From Alphaproteobacteria bacterium (GTDB lineage Bacteria; Pseudomonadota; Alphaproteobacteria; CALKHQ01), in assembly GCA_965227515.1 (NCBI GenBank), contig CBDDFZ010000001.1:1152001-1216000 (forward strand): a stretch of 64,000 bases of DNA, written 5' to 3'. The notes below the pieces were generated by a model, which did no database searches, had not been told where the DNA came from, and saw only the letters and a program-made list of their open reading frames with translations. Shown here one piece after another: positions 51,402 to 60,299 of the stretch (position 1 is the first letter of the stretch; every line of letters begins with the position of its first letter). Both the position numbers and the translations under genes were made by a program.

Positions 51402-52238
51402 CTAGGGCGATCCATGCACCGGCTTGCGGGCCGTCGCGTAGATGACGTTGGTCTCGACCGCGGTAGTGCCGGCCTGGCACAGCGCCGCAATGTTGTCGGC
51501 GCGCACACGCGCGGCGGTCTCTGGGTCCATCTGGTCGACAGTCCAGCGAAAACCCGAGCCGAGCACGATGGTCCACCAGTCTTCGGGCGTCGACATCGCC
51601 TGCGTGCCGGCTTCGGCGTCCGCAGCCGGCCGATGGACACCGCCATCGCGCAACAGAGCCTCGACGGCGGGCGGGTGGATCAGGTCATCCCAGGGCCGAT
51701 ATGCGCCGTCGAGCGTGGGGCAATGGCGCCCGACCGCGGACCAGAACAGTGTACTGCCGGGCGCCAGGAAGTTCGGCCCCCAGGTAGTGATGGCCAGCAC
51801 GCCACCCGGCTTCACCATGCGCCACAACTCGGCCACCTGGGCGGCCATGTCGGGCACGAAGAACAGGGCGAACACACAGATCACCGCGTCGAAACGCCCG
51901 TCGGCATAGGGCAGCGCCTGCATGTCGGCACGGATGAAGGTGGTGTTGTCCAGGCCTGCGTGGCGCGTCTTGGCCTGGGCAAGATTCAGCAGCCCTTCCG
52001 ACAAGTCGGCGCCGATCACGCGCCCGCTGGTGCCGACCGCCTTGGCCGCCGGTATGGCCGAGGCGCCGCTGCCGCAACCGACATCGAGCACGGTCGCACC
52101 CGGTTGCAGGTTCAGGCGGTCGACGGTCCGGCAGCCATAGCGGTCCCAGAACGACAGCGCCGGATGGTCGAAGTGGTCGGCCGCCGCATCATATGTCGCC
52201 GCCGCGCGAGCCTCCGGAGTCAATTGGGTCATCAACAT
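51402..52238 (-). CDS. Class I SAM-dependent methyltransferase
   Basis: VLDVGCGSG, GADLS, ADM, FDAV.C.F.LFFVPD, KPGG. Confidence 0.93.
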   Translation of the reverse strand: MLMTQLTPEARAAATYDAAADHFDHPALSFWDRYGCRTVDRLNLQPGATVLDVGCGSGASAIPAAKAVGTSGRVIGADLSEGLLNLAQAKTRHAGLDNTTFIRADMQALPYADGRFDAVICVFALFFVPDMAAQVAELWRMVKPGGVLAITTWGPNFLAPGSTLFWSAVGRHCPTLDGAYRPWDDLIHPPAVEALLRDGGVHRPAADAEAGTQAMSTPEDWWTIVLGSGFRWTVDQMDPETAARVRADNIAALCQAGTTAVETNVIYATARKPVHGSP

Positions 52239-52315
52239 CGTTCGAATTCCTCATGGCGGGACGGGAGGGGGCGCTGCGTTGGCGCCCGCCTCCTCATCTC
52301 GGGTTGCGGCAAGAG

Positions 52316-53206
52316 CTAACTTCCGGCGGCCACCGGCAGGTCGCCGGCGCTGCCCCATTCGGCCCACGAGCGGTCGTAGACGCGGACCTGCGGGAAGCCG
52401 AGCAGCCTGAGCACGAAGTAGCTGTGGGCGGCGGCCTTGCCGTTCTGGCAGTGCACTGCGATGTTGCTGTCCGGCGTGACGCCGTGAGCCGCGAAGTGGG
52501 CGCGCAAGTCGTCCAACGGGCGCATCGTGTCGTCGTCGTCCAGGTTCTCGACCCAGGGGATGTTGGCCGCCCAGGGAATGTGCCCGGCGGCGTAGGCATC
52601 CGCGCCACGCACGTCGATGACAACCAGTCCGTCGTCGTTCCGGTGCTCCAGTAGCCAGTCGGCCGACGCCATGCGCCGTGGGGAGAGGCTGGGCGAGAAG
52701 TCCGACGGATAGACGAACGGATTCACGGTCGAGGTGTCGTGCCCGGCCGCCTGCCATGCCGGGAACCCGCCGTCCAGGATGCTGACGTGGCGGTGGCCGA
52801 AATACTCCAGCAGCCAGAACAGGCGCGCGGCATGGAAGCCGCCACGGTCGTCGTAGATGACCACGTGGTCGTCGGCCCAGATGCCACGGGTGCGGATCAG
52901 GTTGACCAGCACCTCTTCTGACCATAAGTCGCCTTCGACCGGGGTGTTCGGGTCGATCAGGTCGTCGGCGGCGAGATGTACGGCGCCTGGGATGTGACTG
53001 TCGTCATATGCAGCGCGCGGCCGCACGTCTACGATCACCAGGCTGGGCGTCATGTCGGGCGCGGCCACCATGTCATAAAGGCCGTCCGCTGAGACCAGTA
53101 TCGCGGGATAATCAGGGTCTGCCGCATAGGATGGTGTGGCCGCAAGCAATGATATTGTCAGCCCGGCAATGACGGCCGGGCGCGACATCAAACGTTGAAA
53201 AGTCAT
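52316..53206 (-). CDS. Exported tandem-domain rhodanese/sulfurtransferase
   Basis: Signal peptide SYA-A; HIPGAV, AARLFW, LDGGFPAW, active site HCQNGKAA, YDRSWAEW. Confidence 0.92.
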   Translation of the reverse strand: MTFQRLMSRPAVIAGLTISLLAATPSYAADPDYPAILVSADGLYDMVAAPDMTPSLVIVDVRPRAAYDDSHIPGAVHLAADDLIDPNTPVEGDLWSEEVLVNLIRTRGIWADDHVVIYDDRGGFHAARLFWLLEYFGHRHVSILDGGFPAWQAAGHDTSTVNPFVYPSDFSPSLSPRRMASADWLLEHRNDDGLVVIDVRGADAYAAGHIPWAANIPWVENLDDDDTMRPLDDLRAHFAAHGVTPDSNIAVHCQNGKAAAHSYFVLRLLGFPQVRVYDRSWAEWGSAGDLPVAAGS

Positions 53207-53270
53207 GGCTCATGTCTCCTGTGCGGCCCCGACTGTTGCCGGAGCCGCACGGTGGTTCCATTGTCGAAGG

Positions 53271-53930
53271 TCAGGCCGGCTGCGGCACGATCCGCAGATA
53301 GGGCTTCGGCGCGTCCCAGCCGTTCGGGAACAGGCCCTTGGCCTGGTCGTCCGTCACCGCCGGCACGATGATCACGTCCTCGCCCGCCTTCCAGTCGGCC
53401 GGCGTCGCCACCTTGTGGTTGGCGGTGAGCTGCAAGGAATCGATGCAGCGCAACAGCTCCATGAAATTGCGCCCGGTGCTCATCGGGTAGGTCAGCATCA
53501 GCTTGACCCGGCGGTCCGGCCCGATCACGAACACCGACCGCACGGTCGCGTTATCGACGGCGGTGCGGCCGTTGGCGCTGGTGCCCGCATCGCCCGGCAG
53601 CATGCCGTAGAGCTTGGCGACGCTGAGGTCGGTGTCGGCGATGATCGGATAGTTGGGCGCGATGCCCTGGGTCTCTTCGATATCGGTGGCCCAGCTCGCG
53701 TGGTCCTCGGCGCAGTCGACGCTGAGACCGATGACCTTGACGTCGCGGCGGTCGAACTCAGGCTTCAGGCGAGCGACAGCACCAAGCTCGGTGGTGCAGA
53801 CCGGGGTGAAGTCCTTCGGGTGGGAAAACAGGACCACCCAGCCGTCGCCGGCATAGTCGTACAGATTCAGCGGCCCCTCGGTTGACTGCTGGGTGAAGTT
53901 GGGGGCGATGTCATTGATCTTCAAAGTCAT
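53271..53930 (-). CDS. 1-Cys peroxiredoxin (Prx6/LsfA type)
   Basis: FSHPKDFTPVCTTELG, YPMSTGRNF.E, VATPADWK.G, KPYLR. Confidence 0.96.
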   Translation of the reverse strand: MTLKINDIAPNFTQQSTEGPLNLYDYAGDGWVVLFSHPKDFTPVCTTELGAVARLKPEFDRRDVKVIGLSVDCAEDHASWATDIEETQGIAPNYPIIADTDLSVAKLYGMLPGDAGTSANGRTAVDNATVRSVFVIGPDRRVKLMLTYPMSTGRNFMELLRCIDSLQLTANHKVATPADWKAGEDVIIVPAVTDDQAKGLFPNGWDAPKPYLRIVPQPA

Positions 53931-54113
53931 GCGAATGCTCCATCGTGACAGTTTGGCGTGCGGCGGCGCTGGTCTTGCGCTGCCGGCGCGGGTTCATCGC
54001 CGGTGTTCTTCAAATCCCTGCGATTATTCTGTGTGTCCCGGCGTGTCGCCCCATATGGAGATGCGCGGCGATCGAATCCTGAAGCTTTCCGACTGAAATT
54101 ATGAAGGTTTGAA

Positions 54114-55301
54114 ATGTTCGTTTTGAATGATTGGCTGATTGATCCCGCATCCCGCCGCGCCACCCGCGGGGCGCAGACCGTACGACTTTCACCGAAAGCG
54201 ATGGCGGTTCTGGAAACCTTGCGCGCGGCCTCGGGCGCCGTGTTGTCCCGCCAGGAACTGCTCGGACAGGTATGGCCGGGCGTGACGGTGGGCGAAGAGG
54301 TGCTGACCCATGCCATCGCAGAGCTGCGGCGCGCGCTGGGCGATGACAGGCGCCGGCCGCGCTATATCGAGACCGTGCACAAGTCGGGCTACCGCCTGAT
54401 TGGCGACGAAGCGTCGCCGGTCGCCGGGGCCGCTGTGCGCGATATCGCCACCTACGCAACCTACCTGCAGGGCAGCGAGCTGTTCTTCCGCGGCGGCCAG
54501 CACAACGTGGAGCTGGCGGTCAGGACCTTCGGCGAGATGGTGGCCGCCGAGCCGACCAACGTGCTGGGCCATGTCGGCATGGTTCGCGCGCTCTTCCTGA
54601 AGAGCCGCTATTTCGGCGGTGGGATGCTGGACCAGGAGCTGTTGGACCGGCACGCCCACCAGGCCATGGTGCTGGCGCCCGCGCGGGCCGAGGCCCATGC
54701 AAGCATGGGCGTGGCGCACGCGGCCGTCGGCCGCCACCAGGATGCGTTGGCGAGCTTCGCCACATCGGTGCGGTTGGACCCGCACGGCTGGGAGGCCCAC
54801 TACCTGATGGGCCGGATTTGCCTCAGCCAGGGCGACTACCGGCTTGCGGCACTGATGCTGGAGCGGGCGGCGACCCTCAGGGCCGACGACTTCCACTCGC
54901 AGATGCTGGCGGCGAAGGCGCGGCGGTTCCTGGAGGACGAGGTCCAGTACCGGCGCAATCTGGTGCTGTCGCGACAGCGCATCGAAGCCCATGTCCAGGC
55001 CGCGCCCGACGATTTGCGGGCGTTGACGGACCTGGCCTTCTGCGCCATCGAGCTTGGCGACACCTCGGCCGGCATGGGTATGACCGAGCAGCTACTGGCA
55101 GGGCCCGACGACGGCCATTTCTTCTATCTCGTGTGCGCGCTCGCCCGCGTCGGTGAAAAGGCGCTGGCGCTCGATACGTTCGAGAAGATCATCGAGCACG
55201 GTTGGAAGGACCATGCCTGGCTCGCCCACGACCGCGACATCGACAGCCTGCGCCAGGAACCACGGTTCGGGCGCCTGCAATCGGAGTTGCAGGCGGCGTG
55301 A
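54114..55301 (+). CDS. CadC/ToxR-like winged-helix transcription regulator with TPR repeats
   Basis: LSPKAMAVL..L, VW.GV.V.E..L..AI.ELRRALGDD...PRYIETV.K.GYRL, then TPR helices ending D.D.DSLR..PRF. Confidence 0.9.
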   Translation: MFVLNDWLIDPASRRATRGAQTVRLSPKAMAVLETLRAASGAVLSRQELLGQVWPGVTVGEEVLTHAIAELRRALGDDRRRPRYIETVHKSGYRLIGDEASPVAGAAVRDIATYATYLQGSELFFRGGQHNVELAVRTFGEMVAAEPTNVLGHVGMVRALFLKSRYFGGGMLDQELLDRHAHQAMVLAPARAEAHASMGVAHAAVGRHQDALASFATSVRLDPHGWEAHYLMGRICLSQGDYRLAALMLERAATLRADDFHSQMLAAKARRFLEDEVQYRRNLVLSRQRIEAHVQAAPDDLRALTDLAFCAIELGDTSAGMGMTEQLLAGPDDGHFFYLVCALARVGEKALALDTFEKIIEHGWKDHAWLAHDRDIDSLRQEPRFGRLQSELQAA

Positions 55302-55324
55302 GGCTGCCGCCAATCCCCTCACTT

Positions 55325-55356
55325 ATCGTCGCCCTCGCCCTTGTGGCGAGGACGAC
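55325..55356. repeat. Collapsed copy of the CGTC REP/REPIN
   Basis: ATCGTCGCCCTCGCCCTTGTGGCGAGGACGAC: the left end of the 34259 unit fused to the right end of the 34362 unit. Confidence 0.85.
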
Positions 55357-55457
55357 AAAGAAAAAGTGCCAAAGTTGGTGCGGCTCTGGGCGAACCAAGA
55401 GGCACGGAGGCCGAGCGCGTCACTAACCTGGTCGTTCCAGCGTAAGCCGAGCCTGAC

Positions 55458-57245
55458 CTAGTGACTCTCGCGCGGTACCGGGGCGCCGGACTTGCCGACC
55501 AGGAAGTCGAGGTCGGCGCCGGTGTTGGCCTGCTGCACGTGGTCGACATAGAGCTTGTAGTAGCCGCGCTGCCAGCCGACATCAGGCGCTGTCCATTCGG
55601 CGCGGCGGCGCTCCAGCTCCTCGTCGCTGACGTCCAGGTGCAGGCGCCGGCCCTTGACGTCGAGCTCGATCATGTCGCCATTGCGCACCAGCGCCAGCGG
55701 GCCGCCGACGGCCGCCTCCGGTGCCGTATGCAGCACCACGGTGCCATAGGCGGTGCCTGACATGCGCGCGTCGGACACGCGGACCATGTCCTCCACGCCC
55801 TGCTTCAGGATCTTCTGGGGCAGCGCCATGTTGCCGACCTCTGCCATGCCGGGGTAGCCCTTCGGGCCGCAGTTCTTCAGCACCATGATGCAGGTGGGGT
55901 CGATGTCGAGGTCGGGGTCGTCGACCCGCGCCTTGTAGTCGTCGATATCCTCGAACACCACCGCGCGGCCCTTGTGCTGCATCAGCGCCGGCGTCGCCGC
56001 CGATGGCTTGATGATCGCCCCGTCCGGCGCCAGGTTGCCGCGCAGCACGGCGCAGCCGGCGTTGGCCATCAAGGGCTTGTCGAACGGCATGATGACGTCT
56101 TCGTTCCAGTTCTTCGCGTCGGCGATGTTCTCGCCGATGGTCTGGCCGTTGATGGTCAGCGCGTCCTCGTGCAGCAGGCCCTTCTCGGCGAGCTGCTTGA
56201 GGACCACCGGCAGGCCGCCGGCATAATAGAAGTCCTCCATCAGGTACTTGCCCGACGGCATCAGGTTCACCATGCACGGCACGTCGTGGCCGAGCTCATC
56301 CCAGTCGTCGAGCGAGATGTCGACGCCGACGCGCCCGGCGATCGCCAGCAGGTGGATGACCGCGTTGGTCGAGCCGCCGATGGCGCCGTTGGTGCGGATC
56401 GCGTTCTCGAACGCCTTGCGGGTGAGGATGCGCGACATGCGCATGTCCTCGTGCACCAGTTCCACCGCGCGCTTGCCGACCATGTGCGCGAGCACCGAGC
56501 GGCGGCTGTCGGCGGCCGGGATCGCGGCGTTGGTCGGCAGGCCCATGCCCAGGCTCTCGACCATCGAGGCCATGGTGGAGGCGGTACCCATGGTCATGCA
56601 GTGGCCGACACTGCGCGACATGGCGGCTTCGGCCTCCATGAACTGCTCGGTCGACATCTCGCCGGCCTTGACCATGGCGTCGTACTTCCAGACGTGGGTG
56701 CCGGAGCCGACGAGGTCGTGGCCGTAGCGGCCGTTCAGCATCGGGCCGCCGGAGAGCGTGATGGTCGGCAGGTCGCAGCTCGCCGCCCCCATCATCAGCG
56801 CCGGGGTGGTCTTGTCGCAGCCGACCATCAGCACCACGCCATCCAGCGGGTTGGCACGGATCGACTCTTCCACGTCCATGGCGGCCAGGTTGCGGAACAG
56901 CATGGCGGTCGGGCGCATCACCACTTCGCCGGTGGAGGTGACCGGGAATTCGAGCGGGAAGCCGCCGGCTTCGAAGATGCCGCGCTTCACCTTCTCCGCG
57001 AGGTCGCGGAAGTGGGCGTTGCAGGGGTTGGTCTCGGACCAGGTGTTGCAGATGCCGATGACCGGCCGGCCGTCGAACAGATGGCTCGGCAGGCCCTGGT
57101 TGCGCATCCACGAGCGGTGGGCGAAGCCGTCCTTGTCCTTCTTGCCGAACCATTCGGTCGAGCGCAGCGCGCCGCTGGGCGCATGGGTCTCGACCTCTCC
57201 GTTCGAGGTGCCGTTCGATTTCTTCTTGTCGCCGCCGTCGGCCAT
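55458..57245 (-). CDS. IlvD/Edd-family sugar-acid dehydratase (L-arabinonate dehydratase-like)
   Basis: GRPVIGICNTWSE..PCNAH, RPTAMLFRNL, GCDKTTP, CMTMGTASTM, DARMSGTAYGTVVLH, C-terminal PRESH. Confidence 0.94.
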   Translation of the reverse strand: MADGGDKKKSNGTSNGEVETHAPSGALRSTEWFGKKDKDGFAHRSWMRNQGLPSHLFDGRPVIGICNTWSETNPCNAHFRDLAEKVKRGIFEAGGFPLEFPVTSTGEVVMRPTAMLFRNLAAMDVEESIRANPLDGVVLMVGCDKTTPALMMGAASCDLPTITLSGGPMLNGRYGHDLVGSGTHVWKYDAMVKAGEMSTEQFMEAEAAMSRSVGHCMTMGTASTMASMVESLGMGLPTNAAIPAADSRRSVLAHMVGKRAVELVHEDMRMSRILTRKAFENAIRTNGAIGGSTNAVIHLLAIAGRVGVDISLDDWDELGHDVPCMVNLMPSGKYLMEDFYYAGGLPVVLKQLAEKGLLHEDALTINGQTIGENIADAKNWNEDVIMPFDKPLMANAGCAVLRGNLAPDGAIIKPSAATPALMQHKGRAVVFEDIDDYKARVDDPDLDIDPTCIMVLKNCGPKGYPGMAEVGNMALPQKILKQGVEDMVRVSDARMSGTAYGTVVLHTAPEAAVGGPLALVRNGDMIELDVKGRRLHLDVSDEELERRRAEWTAPDVGWQRGYYKLYVDHVQQANTGADLDFLVGKSGAPVPRESH

Positions 57246-57357
57246 CGTATTTCCCTCCCGAAAATCTCCGGCCTTGCGACCGTGTGCGGCGCGATCATAG
57301 AACCCGCCGCCGCATTGCGCGATACTCATCCACGCATTGCGGCATTGTATCTAACGC

Positions 57358-57443
57358 AGTCTGCGCCGGCCCTCTCCCCCACCCGGCCGCCCAACGACAG
57401 TATGCTAGATTGGGTGGCCGGGTGGGGGAGAGGGCTGGTGCCG
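57358..57443. repeat. Palindromic repeat family A, copy 6
   Basis: GCGCCGGCCCTCTCCCCCACCCGGCCGCCCA-acgacagtatgctagat-TGGGTGGCCGGGTGGGGGAGAGGGCTGGTGC. Confidence 0.95.
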
Positions 57444-57468
57444 ATTTAGCAGAAGAAGAGAGTCTTGC

Positions 57469-58197
57469 ATGGCTGGTAGGCCCATCATCGGCGTGACGCT
57501 GGACAGCGAGCAGGCCGACGCGCCCGACCGCGCGCGCTATTCGAAGTTCCCGTGGTACGCGGTACGGCAGAACTATTGCGCAGCGATTGCCGCGGCCGGC
57601 GGGCTGCCGGTGGCGTTGCCGCACGAGCCCGACCGCGCCGGCGACTATCTGGACCTGATCGACGGGTTGCTGGTCACCGGCGGCGCGTTCGATGTCGACC
57701 CGGCGATGTTCGGCGCCGGCGAGCGCCACGCGACCGTGGTGACCAAGGACCGGCGCACCGCGTTCGAGCTGGCGGTGACGCGCGGTGCGCTCGACCGCGA
57801 GATGCCGGTGCTTGGCATCTGCGGCGGCCAGCAATTGCTGCACGTGGTGCTGGGCGGGACCCTGATCCAGCACATCCCCGACGCGGTGCCGAACGCGCTG
57901 GCCCACGAGCAGCCGAACCCGCGCGACGAGGCCGGCCATTCGGTCGCGGTCGCCGCCGGCACGCTGCTGCATCGCATCGCCCAGGCCGACGAGTTGCAGG
58001 TCAATTCGGCCCATCACCAGGCCGCTGCCGACGCGCCCGACGGCGTGGTGATCAATGCCCGCGCGCCGGACGGGGTGATCGAGGGCATGGAGGCCCCCGC
58101 CCACCGCTTCTGCCTGGGCGTGCAGTGGCACCCGGAGTTCCACATCTCCACCGCCGACGCCGCCATCTTCCAGGCGTTTGTCGGGGCGAGCAGGTAG
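57469..58197 (+). CDS. Gamma-glutamyl-GABA hydrolase / peptidase C26 family glutamine amidotransferase
   Basis: RPIIGVT, DGLLVTGG, LGICGGQQ, VNSAHHQA, GVQWHPEF. Confidence 0.93.
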   Translation: MAGRPIIGVTLDSEQADAPDRARYSKFPWYAVRQNYCAAIAAAGGLPVALPHEPDRAGDYLDLIDGLLVTGGAFDVDPAMFGAGERHATVVTKDRRTAFELAVTRGALDREMPVLGICGGQQLLHVVLGGTLIQHIPDAVPNALAHEQPNPRDEAGHSVAVAAGTLLHRIAQADELQVNSAHHQAAADAPDGVVINARAPDGVIEGMEAPAHRFCLGVQWHPEFHISTADAAIFQAFVGASR

Positions 58198-58240
58198 GGT
58201 GCCTACGCTGCCACGGCTCGCTCACACCATCCGCTAACCG

Positions 58241-58897
58241 ATGACCGATCACATCAAACGGATGGCCGACAATCTCGGCCGCCTGCTCGCCAACCGGTCC
58301 ACCGTGGCCCGGGTGCATGCCGCCGCGTCCCGCGCCGAACCGGAGGTGAGGATCGCCATCGCCAGCCTGCTGTCCGTCATCCAGGGCGCGCGGGTCGTGG
58401 GCCTCGATCACGAGATGAAAAGCCTGGGCTCGATCGACGAGAAGCTCGCCCGTATCGACAGCCTGAGCCAGCTCCGCGACACGCTGCGCTACACCCTGGT
58501 GCTCGGCGGTATGAACTTCGCCAATCAGGTGCTGGCCGCGGCGGATCATCTGCTCAAGCGCGGCCTGCGCTGCACCCGGCTGGAGGCGACAGAGGGCCAG
58601 AAGGGGTGGGCGCGTGGCTATATGGGCGTCAACAGTAACTGGCTGACCGGCGACCGGACGGTGTTCGAAATCCAGTTCCACACCGAACTGACCTGGTACG
58701 CCAAGACCGAGAGCCACGGCGCGTACGAGGTGTGGCGCCAGGACCCGAGCAACATCGCCAAGCGCGAGGCCAACACGCAGCGCTACCGCGAGTGCTTCCA
58801 GGTCGGCGCGGGCAAGCTGGGCGTCGAGCAGTGGAAGCTCGACGGCACCCGCGAGGTGCTGAACCGGTGGTTTGCGCAGAACGGTAGCAAAGCCTGA
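58241..58897 (+). CDS. Stand-alone RelA/SpoT-like nucleotide pyrophosphokinase domain protein (Tas1/Apk/XopAD-like)
   Basis: AEPEV...GLDHEMKSLGSIDEK...LRDTLRYT...GW..GYMGVN...FEIQFHT......K..SHGAYE..R, in the order of the Syn1-Syn4 motifs of that family. Confidence 0.72.
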   Translation: MTDHIKRMADNLGRLLANRSTVARVHAAASRAEPEVRIAIASLLSVIQGARVVGLDHEMKSLGSIDEKLARIDSLSQLRDTLRYTLVLGGMNFANQVLAAADHLLKRGLRCTRLEATEGQKGWARGYMGVNSNWLTGDRTVFEIQFHTELTWYAKTESHGAYEVWRQDPSNIAKREANTQRYRECFQVGAGKLGVEQWKLDGTREVLNRWFAQNGSKA

Positions 58898-58919
58898 CCC
58901 GAGGAGGGCCTGGGCGGGG

Positions 58920-60266
58920 TCACACCAGGTTCTTTACGTCGGACGAGAACGTGGGGAAGGCGAACACCTGCGCCTTGAGCTGCCCGGCGGTGATGCCATG
59001 CTTCATGGCCAGCGCGAACAGGTGGATCAGCTCTTCGCCCTGGTGGCCGACGAGATGCGCGCCGAGGATGCGGTCGGTGCCGTCCTCGACCAGCGTCTTC
59101 GCCCAGGCGACCGTCTCGCCATAGCTCTTGCCGGAGAACCAGCCGGTCATGTCGTTCACCGAGGTCTTGAACTTGAGCCCGCGTTCGCTCGCCTCCGCTT
59201 CGGTCAGACCGACCGCGCTGAGCGCCGGTACCGTGTAGACGCTTGAGGGGATGGCCGCGTAGTCCGGCGTGTGCGTTCCAACGTCGACGATGTTGCGGCC
59301 GACGATCTGGCCCTCGTAGGTCGCGATCGGCGATAGCTGGGCCGAGGTCGACAGCACGTCGCCGGCGACCCACACGGCGGGGTTGGTGGTGGAACGCAGA
59401 TGGTCGTCGGTAACGATGCGCAGGCCGTCGTGCGCGACATTGGCGGCGTCGAGGTCTAGGCCCTCGATATTTGCGATGCGGCCGGTGCCATTCACCACGC
59501 GGTCGGCAACGATGGCACGGCTGTCGCCGTCCACCGTGTAGCGGACCTCGAGCTGGTCGCCGTGGGGCGCGATGGCCTCGATCTTCACGCCGGTCTGGAC
59601 CTGGATGCCGATGCGCTCGCTTTCGGCCCGGATCCGGTCGACCGCGTCGGCGTCCATGCGCGGCAACAGCCGGGGCAACGCCTCCAGGATCGTCACCTGC
59701 GCACCGGCCCGCGCATAGACGTGGCTGAACTCCATCGCGATGACGCCGCCGCCGACAAAGACCACCGAGCCCGGCAGCGTACGCTCCGACAGGACGTCGT
59801 CGGATGTGATCATCAGGTCCGCGCCGGGGATCGGCAGCGGCCTGGTTCTGGATCCGGTCGCGATGACGATGTTGTCGGCGGTGAGCGCGTCGTCTCCGAC
59901 CTGTACCGAATTCGGGCCGGTGAACCGTGCCCGGCCGCGAAACACGGTACCGCGCTTGGCCGCAAGGTCGGCCATGGCATCGGGAATGTGGCCGATCATG
60001 TCCTTCTCGCGGTCGATCAGCTTCGCCCAGTCCAAGGTCGGCTTGCCGACCGAGATGCCGTGAACGGGGGCGCGTTCGATCTCGTCGAGCGCGTGGGCGG
60101 CCGCCACCAGCACCTTCTTAGGCGTGCAGCCGCGATTAGGGCAGGTGCCGCCGAAGTCGCGTTCCTCGATGAACGCGATCGACTTGCCCGCATCATGCAG
60201 GATGGCCGAGGCGCCGAACCCGGCGTTGCCGCCGCCTATGATGATGACATCGAAATGCTGGCTCAT
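58920..60266 (-). CDS. Class I pyridine nucleotide-disulfide oxidoreductase (glutathione reductase/dihydrolipoamide dehydrogenase family)
   Basis: IIGGGNAG, GGTCPNRGCTPKK, IATGS, GGGVIAMEF, C-terminal FPTFS. Confidence 0.93.
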   Translation of the reverse strand: MSQHFDVIIIGGGNAGFGASAILHDAGKSIAFIEERDFGGTCPNRGCTPKKVLVAAAHALDEIERAPVHGISVGKPTLDWAKLIDREKDMIGHIPDAMADLAAKRGTVFRGRARFTGPNSVQVGDDALTADNIVIATGSRTRPLPIPGADLMITSDDVLSERTLPGSVVFVGGGVIAMEFSHVYARAGAQVTILEALPRLLPRMDADAVDRIRAESERIGIQVQTGVKIEAIAPHGDQLEVRYTVDGDSRAIVADRVVNGTGRIANIEGLDLDAANVAHDGLRIVTDDHLRSTTNPAVWVAGDVLSTSAQLSPIATYEGQIVGRNIVDVGTHTPDYAAIPSSVYTVPALSAVGLTEAEASERGLKFKTSVNDMTGWFSGKSYGETVAWAKTLVEDGTDRILGAHLVGHQGEELIHLFALAMKHGITAGQLKAQVFAFPTFSSDVKNLV

Positions 60267-60299
60267 GGCTGAGAGCTCCCATTGCTGCAACGGTCGCCG

